From positions 68,076,001-68,140,000 of the forward strand of contig OX597814.1 of the NCBI GenBank assembly GCA_951406725.2: a stretch of DNA of 64,000 nucleotides, given 5' to 3'. Every line of letters begins with the position of its first letter. Positions within the stretch are counted from its first letter, which is position 1. Below are positions 50,202-63,561 of the stretch, piece by piece. The notes below the pieces were generated by a model. The model did no database searches and was not told the origin of the DNA. It saw only the letters and a list, made by a program, of their open reading frames with translations. The stretch is from Octopus vulgaris. Taxonomy: Eukaryota. Both the position numbers and the translations under genes were made by a program.

Positions 50202-50238
<37 letters not shown>

Positions 50239-50244
50239 AAAGAG

Positions 50245-50316
<72 letters not shown>

Positions 50317-50488
50317 AAAGAGACATACACAAATGTATATCCTAAGAGATTCATAAGATTCTTTAAACCAAGTTTAAAGATTAAAACATATTTTTCACTT
50401 GCAAGCGTTTATGAATCAAACTGTGTGTAAATGAATCTGACTTTCTGAGCATATCTGCATACATACATACATGCATACACATCACACA

Positions 50489-50545
<57 letters not shown>

Positions 50546-50599
50546 TAACGCACACATATTTACAAACTCCGAACTATAAATATGTATATGTTAGCGTTT

Positions 50600-52400
50600 G
50601 TGCTTTGTTCAGTTATAATAAAAGCAATATTACATTACTCTATACTTTTGTAGAGAAAAAATTTATTATTCTTAAACAAGAATATTATTCTCAGGGACTT
50701 CGAAGTTTCGGCCAGTTAAGCCATTTTCGAACTGTGGTTAATCTTGGCTCTCTGAGCAAAAACCTTCGTTGGGTGTATGGGTTTTAGTAGAGTGATAATT
50801 AGTTTTAGAGTCTGTTTTTATGGAGAGATATTTTGGAGAAATTTTTATTGATTAAATTTGGGTCTATGTTGTTGTTTTGAATCTATTATTGCATGTAGAA
50901 CTTTGTGTGCATATGTGTGTCCCTGTTGTTAGATAGACACAAGAGAAGGTCAGTAGTTTTTGTTATTTTCGTTTTTTGTCTTGTGATTTAATCCTTTGCT
51001 TTGACAATGTAAAGGTCAAAGGTACAAAGGCTAGTATTAAAACCTTAATAATTTGGTGTGTCAAGATTTTTGTAATAGAGTTTTTTAGAGGTTCACAAAA
51101 TAATGCAAGTAGGTAGTATGTTTTAGTTGGTCAGTTTCTTTAGATGTTGGTGTTGTTATTTAGTGTATTTCCCCATTTTCTTTGGTAGGTGGGGGTTATT
51201 ACTGAGGCATGTAATGGTGTTATTTTTGAAAATTGTTTCTCTGGTTCTTTGGTCTTCACAAAAAGATTTGGGCACGTGTAAAGGTTGTTCATCTGTATGT
51301 TTTTCTCTAGGTGTTCATTGTTCCCACAGGCCATTTGATTAGTATATATGGGTTTTAACCCTCATGGTTTATGGAGACAGTTTGTGAGCTGCGTGTTTAT
51401 TAATATTTTTTCAATTGTTTCAAATGTGGGTATCTTATAATATATTATTTTAGGCCTCTGAATATATGTGAAGGTGGGGCATTATAAAAGGTGTATATAT
51501 ATATACATGTATAAGGATGGAAATAAAAAGAAAATTAAAAAATCGGATTTGAAAATTTAAACTTTTTTAATTTAGAATTTAGAAAAAGAAACTAAAATAT
51601 TTTAAAGGATTAAAGAAAGAAAAAGATCTTGCTTGCATACAAATACATTTTGTTATGGGTGTATTTAGATTTGTGTGTTTATATTAAAAATATCTTTCGT
51701 AGGGATTTTGGTTGGAGATTTTCAAATAATTTCTAGAGTACTTGTTTAGTGTGAAGCTGTAAAAGGGTTTTATACATATATATTAGAGATAATTGATGGT
51801 CTAAATGGAGGGAGGGGTGTTGATGAGATGCTAATATGTTAGCAACTATAAAAATATTAGTTTGAAATGTTTTAATGACTTTATGATTCTGAGCCTGCAT
51901 GAAGAGACTAGTTCAGTTTCGGTTCAGAAATTCGTGCATAAATGCCAGACTGTATGTAGTAGGTTTCATTCATACAAAGTATTTAGGGCTGGTTGTTATA
52001 TTATGGCCCTGCATGTCTGAGTATTTTCTAATTGATGCTAAGCAGAGAATTTTTATTTTAATTACTATGCATGTTTGGATAGTGACGTATCATTTATCCT
52101 GTTTGGTTTGCGAAAAGTGTGTGTGTGTGTTAGTGTTGACAGTATCGTGACTTGAATTGGTTTGCTGTAGATCCTATATGTGTAGATATAGTTGTTCATG
52201 TTGGGTTTGTGATTACCGTTACGTTATGTTCGATATTTCTGGAGAGACAATTTCGTAACAGATAGCCTGAAGCTTTTCTACTATTGCAATTGTTATTAAG
52301 TGTTACTATTCTCTGTAAGGGACAATTTTCTCCATGCTAACTGCAGTGAATTTGTCCTTAGAAGTTGAAATATGTTACAAACATATTTTAACTAATCTAA
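50600..52400 (-). mobile_element. Highly decayed Penelope-like relic with degenerate hammerhead (50692-50734)
   Basis: Minus strand is A/C-rich like the 4.9-8.4 kb PLE; CAGT-TCGAAAA-tGGC..GCC-GAAA-CTTCGAAG-TC-CCTG near its 3' end. Confidence 0.4.
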
Positions 52401-52673
52401 TGGTCCTTCCTTAAACACTGCTCGGTGCTTATACTGCTGCTGAATACATATATATATTCAAAAATACATACATACATACATACATACATACATACATACA
52501 TACATACATACATACATACATACATACATACATACATACATACATACATACATACATACATACATACATACATACATACATACATACATACATACATACA
52601 TTCATACATGCATACATACATACACACATACATACATATATATATATATATATAGATAGATAGATAGATATAG

Positions 52674-52726
<53 letters not shown>

Positions 52727-52884
52727 AGAGAGAGAGAGAGAGAGAGAGAGATCAATAAATGGTGGGGTTGTGTTGACCGCACGTGGAGAAATGATAAGCA
52801 AGGAAAATTGTAAAAATGCAGAATGCTAAATTGAAAGAACATTTTAATGAAATGAGAAATTGAAAAAATATATAAATATATATT

Positions 52885-52926
52885 TATTCAAACCGGTTTT
52901 CGTCATAGTGTGACTTATCAAGAATA
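52885..52926 (-). ncRNA. Minimal type I hammerhead (U3/A8 variant) in PLE-like terminus
   Basis: TATTC-TTGATAA-GTCA cacta TGAC-GAAA-ACCGGT-TT-GAATA; perfect stems. Confidence 0.7.
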
Positions 52927-53578
52927 GTTAGGTAAAAAAAGTTTTTTTTTAAATGAGAAAGGGGAAAAAAGAAAGTTGCATTGTTTTTTGCAAAAGAATA
53001 ATAATAAATATGTACAAAAATTAAAAAATAAGTACTCCGATACATTGTGAGTTCGTTGTGTATCTTGAGTTTAATGATTGTTCACGAAAAAATTACCTTG
53101 AGGTATTAGGATCCAATGGGATTAAGACCATGTGTTGTTTGGTTTAATTAAGGATCTTGGCAAAAACAGGAAGTAGTAGTAATTGTGGTTCTTCAGTTCC
53201 TGTGTTGTGAATAAGGGGAGACAACTCTTTTGAGTTCTTCAATTTTTGTTTTTCAAACTCCTGCAATAAAGGCTGCTAATAAACCCCAAATTATAAAATT
53301 ATCATTTTAGCTTCATTTGCATTATCTTTTTTATATAAGTGTTTGTTAACTTAACTTTCAGATTTTAACACTTTATTTATATTATTTTCTAATTATATAA
53401 ATTTGCATAGACCAATTTATAATTATATTTCAGATTGTTATATCATATATAATAAAAATGATAGTAATAACAACAATAGTAAAAATGATATTTAAAGAAT
53501 ATAAGTTTTAGCTTGAAGTGATGAATGTATGGTATCCTTAAATATTTGTGCTAGTCCATCCATGAAGAATGAGGTAGA

Positions 53579-53621
<43 letters not shown>

Positions 53622-53630
<9 letters not shown>

Positions 53631-53976
53631 AATAGGGGTTTTGCAACAAGTCGCAACAAGTTGCAACCACATACCGAAACTTTTAGAAATAGCAGCCAAA
53701 AGACTACTATTTCCTTTTACTACAAAAATAAGTCTCCACAGACAACAATATTTGTAACTCACATATGGCAAAAAGAGAAGAAAAAGAATGAAATCACAAC
53801 CGAAGACTGTGATTTCATTACTTTTCTTCTTTTTTTTGCCATATGTGAGTTACAAATATTGTTGTCTGTGGAGACTTATTTTTGTAGTAAAAGGAAATAG
53901 TAGTCTTTTGGCTGCTATTTCTAAAATTTTCGGTATGTGGTTAAGCAACTTGTTGCAAAACCCCTATTATTATAAT
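53622..53976. repeat. ~350-bp near-perfect foldback (inverted repeat)
   Basis: Arms 53622-53798 and 53807-53976 are reverse complements (e.g. agaaatagcagccaaaagactac / gtagtcttttggctgctatttct). The +/- ORFs 53538 and 53788 translate nearly identically. Confidence 0.9.
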
Positions 53977-54081
53977 TATATAAATTTTTATCGAATATGG
54001 TCCTTTTCCATACCGAAATACTACTAGGTGAAATTTGTTGATTTTATTAAATTAATTATATTTCACCCTATACCTGTAATG

Positions 54082-54138
<57 letters not shown>

Positions 54139-54314
54139 TAAATATAATAGGCCACACGCGGTACCAGCATTGTTGTGAAAATCAGAGTCGCAAAATCCTC
54201 CAAGGAAACCACCAATCACTGGAAAAATAACAAGCACAAGAGAAATCGGGCTATGAGCAAAGAGATTAACTTACCATCACGGCAGAAAGCCATAGAATGA
54301 GGAGATAGATATTT

Positions 54315-54370
54315 CTGGATGAACTGATTTCAAATTTTGAGAGTCTAACTCCCTTTATTCTCATCAGCAG
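54315..54370 (-). ncRNA. Candidate type I hammerhead in a ~340-bp (TA)n-flanked unit
   Basis: CTG-CTGATGA-gaat..gagt tag actc..attt-GAAA-T cagttc A-TC-CAG. Confidence 0.45.
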
Positions 54371-54468
54371 CTTTCACTATATACCTAGGGTTAAAAACGT
54401 TGCTCGATTCATTGTGCTTTGTAACCGCTGAAGAGCTATATAAATATTTTCGAATATTTATTCATTTA

Positions 54469-54507
<39 letters not shown>

Positions 54508-54714
54508 AAAAGCTATTTTCCAACATAATGTGACTCTCCTGGAAGGGACGATAGCTACTGTTGTTTGGCCCCAGGAAACATCGTTTACAGCTGGCTATAC
54601 GACACAATATCTGTGCTCTTATGTTTTTGAACAGGGACTCCAGCACTCCCATCCAGCACAAAACAACATCTGTGGACCGGTTCCTGGGTTATTGCTCTTT
54701 ATCAGCACAAAGAA

Positions 54715-56282
54715 GCTTCTTTGCTCCAGTCAATGGATAATGGTATGATAGCTAACTTCACTCTTTGTATGAGAACTTTCTAACAATTTATGAAAGCAAC
54801 TGACAAGGAGGATAAACCTACAGTTAGAGATTTCTGGGAGAAATTCAACACAGTGGATGCTATGGACAATACAGCTGAGTCATGGGATGAAGTAAAACCT
54901 TAAACCATGAAATAGTGCTTGGGAAAATATATGGCCAGACTGTATTCGTGTCCTTTTGCAAAGGATGTAGGACTTGAAGAAATCATTGAGGATGATGTGA
55001 TTGAGTTGATGTTATTTGAAAACGAACAAATTGAGAATACAGATGAGACAATGGAAGTTCCATCTAGGCGGCGAGCAGGCAGAAGCGTTAGCACGCTGGG
55101 CGCAATGCTTAGCGGTATTTTGTCTGCCGCTACGTTCTGAGTTCAAATTCCGCCGAGGTTGACTTTGCCTTTCATCCTTTCGAGGTCGATTAAATAAGTA
55201 CCAGTTACGCACTAGGGTCGATATAATCGACTTAATCCGTTTGTCTGTCCTTGTTTTTCCTCTCTGTGTTTATCCCCTTGTGGGTAGTAAAGAAATATGT
55301 ATTTCGTCTGTGTTTACGTTCTGAGTTCAAATTCTGCCGAGGTCGACTTTGCCTTTCATCCTTTCAGGGTCGATAAATTAAGTACCAGTTGCACACTGGG
55401 ATCGATCTAATCGATTGGCCCCTCCCCACAAATTTTGGGCCTTGTGACTAGAGTTAGAAAGAATGAATGTTCCATCTATACTATTTAAATTGCCAACAAA
55501 AATTATTGCTTAAGAGTTGTCACTCATAGCGGAACGTAACATAAAAATTACAAGAAGAGTTTACAATGTCTTCAGTTCCTGAGCTGTATAAAGAGATGAT
55601 GTGTCATAAACAACGAACAACTTTGGATAAGATTTTCAGCCCTCATGCTAATGATCTACTATATTAATACTCTTGTGTCTTTGTCCGTCACAACATATGA
55701 ATGAGAAAGGAAGGGGTGATGGCAAAACGTGAATGTTTGTATGTGTGTAAAGAAAAATCAAACGATGTTTCAACTCTGTGTGAGTATATGTGTGTATGTG
55801 TGTGCGTGTACAGGGGAAGTATGTGAATGTCTGTATGTGTGATTATTATGTACCTTATATTTGTATATAAAATACTACAATTGGCTGTCGTTTTTGACGA
55901 CACCAGCTAGTAGTAAATATTGTCCCTCGCTCTCCTAGTAACGCTCATTCTACCACCACTCCTCGTCTGTTAAGGTAAGAACGTACTCTTACGATATTAC
56001 GATTCCTCTTGAAATGGTTTTGTAGCTATATTGTACTGGGTGTTTAGAAATACTTTTATGTATAAATTGATCGCGCTGCTTGTTTTCAGTTGTTTTCTTG
56101 TGATTCTTGTTTTTTTGTTTTGCTTTTTGTTTTGCATTTTTTAAAAATGTCCGTAGGAACGCAGTCTCACTTGATAATGCAAAAATCAACGGAAAAATTA
56201 ATTTTGTATCCTGGAATTTCGCGTTACGGACAGATTTTCAGGAACGCATTACTTCCGTAAAGCGAAGGATCTTTACTCCAGT
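54715..56282 (+). mobile_element. Tigger/pogo-like DNA transposon relic (interrupted by SINE)
   Basis: LQSMDNGMIANF..MKATDKEDKPTVRDFWEKFNTVDAMDNTAESWDEVKP; ELYKEMM..TTLDKIF; 3' end ggaacgcattacttccgtaaagcgaagg resembles Tigger termini. Confidence 0.6.
55065..55465 (+). mobile_element. SINE family B dimer (Tx1-type-tail copy joined to the internal head site of a second copy)
   Basis: ...tttatccccttgtgggtagtaaagaaata|tgtatttcgtctg... Confidence 0.8.
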
Positions 56283-57930
56283 TCTGTGTATCAAAAAATT
56301 TTTTAAAAACCCATAGCAATTTTTCTCTACTTAGATTTTTGCGGGTATTGGAAAGTATAATTTTCTAACACTTTCATTCCAAGCATGAAGGATATAAATA
56401 TACGTTTTAAACGACGAAGATAAATTCTAATGGATTCAGAGCTACTTGTTAGTCACTTTTGTTTGCTACTTGTATGATAAAATATCGATTACTAGAGTAG
56501 GCCCTCAATTAGAAGTTCGTAAAGAATGTAAATCAACTTATTTTACCTTCCTACCTATCAATTAGCTTTGACATCGGAGCTGAATGGAAGTCCTGAACTC
56601 AATTGTTTCGAATATTATATTTTTCAGTATGGTGTTCGTAACTTGGTTTACAAAATTATATACTTATAATACATCTGGTTGAAACTATCTCCAACATTTG
56701 GGTGACTACATGAATAGAATGTTTTTCACATAATCTATAGAACAAGATGTGTTTGGGGTAGTTAGAAACAGCTATAAAGAAAGCCAAACAGTTGCATATA
56801 TATTTCAGTCAGTTAACTATAAGATGCCTGTACCCGCGACTGGCTTCTAAATATTTTACAGGAATCATACCATACATTCTCCTCTGAACAAACGAGTATG
56901 CCATAAAGTTCAGTTCAATAAGTTTCAAAATAAGCATGGTAGTTCATCATACTTTATTCGAATAAAAAAGTGTTTAAAAATTAATTACATGGTTAGCATA
57001 AAGCATTTCAGATCATGAGATACATGCATGTTCAATGTCGTATATAGAAGAAAACTGAACCCAAGAAATATATTTACTTCCGATGTCTATTACCTGAAGA
57101 AGAATATAAATTGTATTGTCTAACTTGATACAGATTACTTCCAGATTTACAGGCTTATTTTGTTGTCCAATTTATATAGATACCCTTCTAATAAATAACA
57201 GATGAACATGCTGTTGTACGACAACGAAATATCTTGAAAAATCTGGAAATGTAACGGTAAAGAAAAGATTAATTCTCCAAAAAAATAGTATGCTTATGAG
57301 AGGAGAAAGTTTGCATGCGAATTGGCAAATACGACTTGTAATTCGTTGCGCTTGTTTTACTTGCAGAGTCTTGAAGAATAAACAGTGTCCTTTATTGTAG
57401 GTCCACCGAAACCAGTGAACTTAATGCCGTTAATGTTCGTTCAAAATATCGGAGTTTAACAACTAGTTTTATAAAGTCCGATGATTGACGCCAGTAGTAA
57501 TTGTAATGAACCTCTTTTACGATAAAGCATCCGAGGTAGACCAAGCCACTTTCTTATGAACAAATTTCATTTTTGCTCAATGATCTGAAGCCGTGAAAGC
57601 GCCACCACGTATGTTAAAAGGGACTGCGAAAGGCGCAGGTATAAGCCGAACTGTAGACACCGTATTTTATACTTCCCTGGTAGCTTTGAATCATCAATTG
57701 TTGTTAGTCCGTCTTCGGCTTGCTTGATAATCTGCATCTCACGACTCCAGTCTTACAATGTTCCAACGTATACACATCCCAGGCTCTTAACTGTTTCTTC
57801 CTTGACTGTTGGAATGTTTTGTCCTCCTATTTTAAATTTTACTTCTTTCTGCACTCCCTTAATGAATGTCAGACTACGCTCTGAATCACATCCTAGATCC
57901 TTTTATCAGCTCATCTAGCCTTGAAATATA

Positions 57931-58295
57931 TAGGCGCAGGTGTGGGTGTGTGGTAAGGATCTTCCCAACCGCATAGTTCCGTGTTCAGTCCCACTGCATG
58001 ACACCTTGGGCAAATATCTTCTAGTATGGCCTCGGGCCGACCAAAGCCTTGAGTTGATTTCGTAGACGGAAACTGAAAGAAGCCCGTCGTATATATATAT
58101 ATATATATATCTGTGTTTGTGCCCCCCATGACTTGAAAACCGATGTTGGTGTGTTTACGTCCCTATAACTTCGGCAAAAAAGACCGATAGAATAAGTACT
58201 ACGCTTAGAAACAATAAGTCATAGGGTCGATTTGTTCGACTAAAGGCGGGGCTCCAGCATGGCTGCAGTCAAATGGCTGAAACAAGTAAAAGAAA
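57931..58295 (+). mobile_element. tRNA-SINE family A
   Basis: Same head, core and tail as 3275-3690. Confidence 0.85.
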
Positions 58296-59029
58296 AAATA
58301 TAACATTCTTAAAAAAACTAGTTTGATATTCAACTTTTGGTGACGTCAGAGGATAACGAAAGAATAAAGAATAAACATTTGATTCTACATTAAGACAACT
58401 AGAAACAAAGAGCAAAACAGAGTGCGTGAGATAAAAAAGACAGGTAGATAGACAAAACGGAGATTCATATCTTCCTTCTGCCAATGAGGTAATATGTATC
58501 TTCATTTAAAGGAACTTATTTATAATGTGGTAGGTTAATAATTTAACTAAACGTCTCTAAGCGATCCTGTTGAGAAATGTGTTTCTGTACACACGTACAC
58601 ACATACAACCAGACAGGTAATATTGTTGTTATACTCCTATTTATGTACCTGTGTCTACGAGTGGATCATTACACATATAGACAGAGAGAGAAAGATTATA
58701 CGGTTTGCATGGATTAACACCACCACCTGGCACGTTGGGTGCCTTTCCTGCATTCCACTCTTTTGTAATCATTCTAGTGAGCGTTAACATTTGAAAATAC
58801 CTCATTCTTCAATCCCACTAGTTGCCGAGGCCCTGCATGTGTCATAGTCATTGCCTTCTCTCCAGACTCTGCTCTGGAGCACCGCCTTTAGTCGAGCAAA
58901 TCGACTCCAGGACTTATTCTTTGTAAGCTTAGTACTATCGGTCTCTTCTGCCAAACCGCTAAGTTACGGGGACGTAAACACACCAGCATCGGTCGTCAAG
59001 CGATGTTGGTAGGGACAAACACAAACACA

Positions 59030-59078
<49 letters not shown>

Positions 59079-59232
59079 ACATACATATATACGACGGGCT
59101 TCTTTCAGTTTCCGTCTACCAAATCCATTCACAAGGGCTTGGTCGGCCCGAGGCTATAGAAGAAGACACTTGTCTAAGGTGCCAAGTAGTGGGACTAAAC
59201 CCGGAACTATGTGGTTGGAAAGCAAGCTACTT

Positions 59233-61293
59233 TATTTCATAAAATTTGTCATCATAGACAGCTTTGCGGGCTGGACAAACACATTAATGGATGAAAATGA
59301 AATAGAATGAATAAATGAGAGACGAAACCCAACACCCGCCGATTGGATTTTTCTCGAAAACATATTTTCTTTTTTTAAAAAATCAATATGAGGTTTCAAA
59401 CCTCTTACAAGAAGGAGGCACTAAAACCTCTTACTTAACATGTTCTTTTTTTTAAACACACGATTGAGGTTATAAACCACTACAAATAATACAATAAGAT
59501 GAGGTTTCAAACCCTATAACGGGGGTCTTTCACCTCCTACTCTTCGATATATCCATCGATATATTAATTATTATCTTCAATGCCGCTTGAGTTCCTGTAT
59601 CCCGCCATTTCCCATGCCTCACTCATGTAGGATATGTAAGTCGTGTAAGGGCCACCCGGCCATATGCGACACTCCTTCCCAAATCCTTTAAGCCTTTCCC
59701 ACAAGGGAAACCTTATGACCTCCACAGCTATCTGCGGAGGCCATTCGGGATCCCGTGTGAAGGGCATATCTATTGTCTCTTTATGTTCTTCTACTATTTT
59801 TCCACCTCCCCGCCCTTATAGAAAAAGATAATTAATTGATCATCTTTAAGGGTGGGGTGGTTTCTTCCACCGTGGGTGGCACAACTTCGGGACATGCAGA
59901 CGGCACATCATCTCACCGCTGAGATGAACCATTCTTCTTCCTTCTTTTTTTCTTTTCTTCCTGACTTCGGGAGAGTGGAGCTCTTCCGCTTTGTCCGGAG
60001 ACTCTCCCCCGCCTCCCGACGCCTTAGGTTCTTTCGGCGGGCAACTATTGTTGCCCGCCTTCTTCCGTTTTAATCCTTTTTGAGTTGAGGAGGCTGAAGC
60101 CTCCTCGACCACATCCACCTCTCCCTTTGACCGGGTAGAGGAGGTGGCATATAGTGACTGTTCCAGGACCTTACCATGGTCCTGTGGGCAGTTCCTTTTA
60201 ATGTGGCCTGGCTGCAGGCACGAGTGACACTTGGGGGGACGTCCCTCAAGTATCACCGGATTCCTGCAGCCAGCCATTTTCAAGAAATCTGGAAAAACCA
60301 GATCTGTTGCGGCTGATGGGGTCCGCAGGGTCAAAATCGCTTTTGACCCTTCCCAATCGACCGCCGGCAATACCCTTCCATTTAAGAGCCTGGGCCCGCC
60401 ATCCCCCAGTCCCCGTCGGATGGTATCTTCAATCCAATCCGCTTCGGTGCCTGGGAGTAACCCACATACCCAGGCTCGTATTAATTTTCTCCCGCAATAT
60501 GACGGAAGGAACAGAATTTCCTTGCCTTCTAAAGGCTGACTCGCAAACTGGCGAGCCTTTTCCCCGTTGTCAAACAGCAACCATACGGTTGCATGTTTGG
60601 CACCACGGGATGTGTATTTTACCGAGGACAAATAGTCTTTAAGTTCATATTTTATAACTTGTTTTGGTAAGACGGTGATGGAATAAAGAACTTTAAAATA
60701 GGTTCTAAGCACCATCGTCTTCTCCTCCATATCTTTTAACCACTACTTAGGCGGGTTAATTTCCCACTCTAAGTCAGAGTTTTTCTTTTTAAGTTCCTTC
60801 TCTGCCATGTCAAAAAACAGTTCAAAAGTAGTTCAAAAGACAGTCTGCCAAAAAATTAAACCGAATAAAAAATAAAACAAAATAAAAGAGGAGGGGATGA
60901 AACTGAAATTAAAGTAATGAAAAGAATAAACCAAAATTTAGAAAGAAAGAAAAAATAGAAGAAGGGAAAATAAAAGAAAAACCTCACAAATAGCACAGAC
61001 AGGGAACCCTTTGTATAATAGTCCAAAAAGGTAATCCAAATGGTTTATTCCAGTTCAGAAAAATTGTACTTTTCGGGCGAGATACGCCCACTAGAATTTG
61101 CAAAACGAGTTTTCAAGCAAAAATTCTCAATTCACCGTTACGGTGATGAGAACCCAGTATTTTGCTCGCTATAGCGAGCCATAATTGACAATTTTTCTTT
61201 TTGTTCTTTTTTCTATTCACGGAGCCCAAAAAACTGACATCTTGTCATTGTAACAGTCCAGACCAACTAGTGTTGCATTCTAGGTAACCGGAA
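59233..61293 (-). mobile_element. Solo ~2.06-kb ORF1-only Tx1-related retroelement with 15-bp TSD
   Basis: TSD g(a/t)aagcaagctactt at 59218-59232 and 61294-61308; 5' motif cagttttttgggctccgtgaatagaaaaaagaacaaaaa; ends AATAAA. No RT or endonuclease. Confidence 0.8.
59564..60808 (-). pseudogene. ORF1-like protein (RRM-like + CCHC), one early stop and a C-terminal frameshift
   Basis: KYTSRGAKHATVWLLF, LFLPSYCGRK, VILEGRPPKCHSCLQPGHIKRNC; 294-aa main ORF 59846-60730. Confidence 0.8.
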
Positions 61294-61328
61294 GTAAGCA
61301 AGCTACTTACCACACAGCCACCTCTACG

Positions 61329-61389
<61 letters not shown>

Positions 61390-61543
61390 TTACACACACA
61401 CTTACACACAGAAAGAGAACGTGCGCGTGAAAGAGAGAGGAAGGCTGGCAAAAATATGATTCATACTTTTATTCGAGTCTTGTTAATTTTCTAAAAGAAG
61501 AAAGTTCTTATTTTCAAAAGTGGAAGCTGAACATTTTTAACGA

Positions 61544-62315
61544 TAAGGCAGCGAGCTGGCAGAAACGTTAACACGTCGGTCGAAATGCTTAGCGATTTTC
61601 GTCTGCCGCTACGTTCTGAGTTGAAATTCCGACGAAGTTGACTTTGCCTTTCAATCTTTCGGGGTCAATAAATTAAGTGCCAGTTGAGTACTGGAGTAGA
61701 TTTAATCAATTGGCCTCCACCCAAAAAATGTCGGGCCTTGTGCCTAGAGTAGAAAAGACTATTATAAAGATTGTTAAGGCGGCGAGCTGGCAGAATCGTT
61801 AGCACGCCGGGTGAAATGCTTAGAGGTATTTTGTCTGCCGTTACGTTCTGAGTTCAGATTCCGCCGAGGTCGACTTTGTCTTTCATCCTTTCGGGGTCGA
61901 TGAATTAAGTACCAGATGCCCCCTTCCCCCAAAACTTTCCAAGACCTTGCGCCTAGATTAATCCGTTTGTCTGTCCTTGTTTGTCCTCTCTGTGTTTAGC
62001 CCCTTGTGGATAATAAAGAAATAGGCATTTCGTCAGCCACTACGTTCTGAGTTCGGGGTCGATGAAATAAGTACCAGCTGCCCCCTTCCCCAAATTTTTT
62101 CAAGACCTTGCGCCTAGATTAGAAATAATTATTATAATGATTGTTGATGCTAATTATTATTGTTAAGGCAGCGAGCTGACAGAAACGTTAGCACGCCGGG
62201 CAATATGCTTAGCCTTTCATGCTTTCGGCGTCGATTAATTAAGTACCAGCTGCGTACTGAGGGTCGATATAATCGACTTGTCCTCTCCCCCCAAATTTCA
62301 AACCTTGTGCCACTA
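61544..62315 (+). mobile_element. Cluster of SINE family B copies
   Basis: Three taaggc(a/g)gcgagctg.cagaa heads. Tx1-type tail tttagccccttgtggataataaagaaata at about 61995-62023, followed by ggcatttcgtc. Confidence 0.85.
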
Positions 62316-62857
62316 GTAGCATCTTAGATCCTCTCATTATTTTTCTTGTTTTCCTGTCTATTTTGGTTAGTTCATTTTGTGTCCAGTTAAGGATATTGTA
62401 GCTGTAACTTATAACTGGGACGGCTAAAGTGTTAATACCTATTATCTTGATTTTAGCATTAAGCTCTGTTTTTAATATTGATCTAACTCGTCTATAGTAT
62501 TCTTTCTTTATTTTCTCTTTCATTTGTGTGTGTTGTATCATATCTAGTTCATAGATTCCTAAATATTTGTATGTCTGGCTTTGGTCTCATTCTCTTAATC
62601 CAAATTTCATATCTATATCTTTGGTAAATCCATGTACTCTCTGTAGTAGTATTTCCAGCTGTTTATCATTTGTAGCGTATAGTTTTATGTCATCCATATA
62701 TAAAAGGTGGCTGATTGTTTTGCCGTAACATTTGTGTCCGCATCCAATTCTATTTAGCATGTCAGATAGAGGTGTCAGTGCCAAGCAGAAAAGGAGTGGA
62801 GAGAGCCTGTCTCCCTGGAATATTCCTCTTCTAATGAGGATGGCTTTTGTTTGGAGC
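62316..62857 (-). pseudogene. R4/Dong-like RT fragment adjacent to (TAA)n
   Basis: IFQGDRLSPLLFCLALTPLS, ISHLLYMDDIKLYA, TYKYLG, KEYYRRVRSILKTELNA. Confidence 0.85.
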
Positions 62858-62920
<63 letters not shown>

Positions 62921-63491
62921 CATTATTATTATCGCGATTGGGGCTATCGTGCAGTATGTCATAATATTACAATTAACGTTTTTAAAGTTAACTCTGTAAT
63001 AACATACACTAAAAATCTGCAGAGGTGCAACCATCAAACCCAATTGTTCCTCTGTCCCCTGTACCGATACGAATTTTTCCATACCATCCCAGTGGTCGGT
63101 ACCGTCCACTTTGAGATGCACTGCTTTTGTGAGTCAATATAGTTTTGGTGTACGGTGTGTGAATGATGAATATCTCATTCAGTTTGATATTTTTTTCAGA
63201 TCTACTAATTTACCTCCTTGGATTATTACTCTTTTTTATCGACCTTGAAAGGATGAAAAGCGAGTGTGATCTTGGAGCGATTTTAATTCAGAGGAAAGAG
63301 AGTCGGAACGAATACCACGAGGAATCTGTTGGAGATCAAATGATTCCACCAATTCACCCCCTACGGGACTTTGGATACAGTCCAACTGCGCAGAAATTGA
63401 TCAAGTATCTTCTGTTATAGGCACGGGTTGATCAGTGCTTTTTGAGTGAATATAGTATAAGGTAAACGGAAACGGTGCAGAAGCCCATCAA

Positions 63492-63554
<63 letters not shown>

Positions 63555-63561
<7 letters not shown>

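Larger units (their letters stand above)
58872..61331 (-). mobile_element. tRNA-SINE family A split by the ORF1-only insertion (head 61294-61331, body 58872-59232)
   Basis: Head ggcgtagaggtggctgtgtggtaagtagcttgcttac and body aagtagcttgctttccaaccacatag.. rejoin across the insert. Confidence 0.85.
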
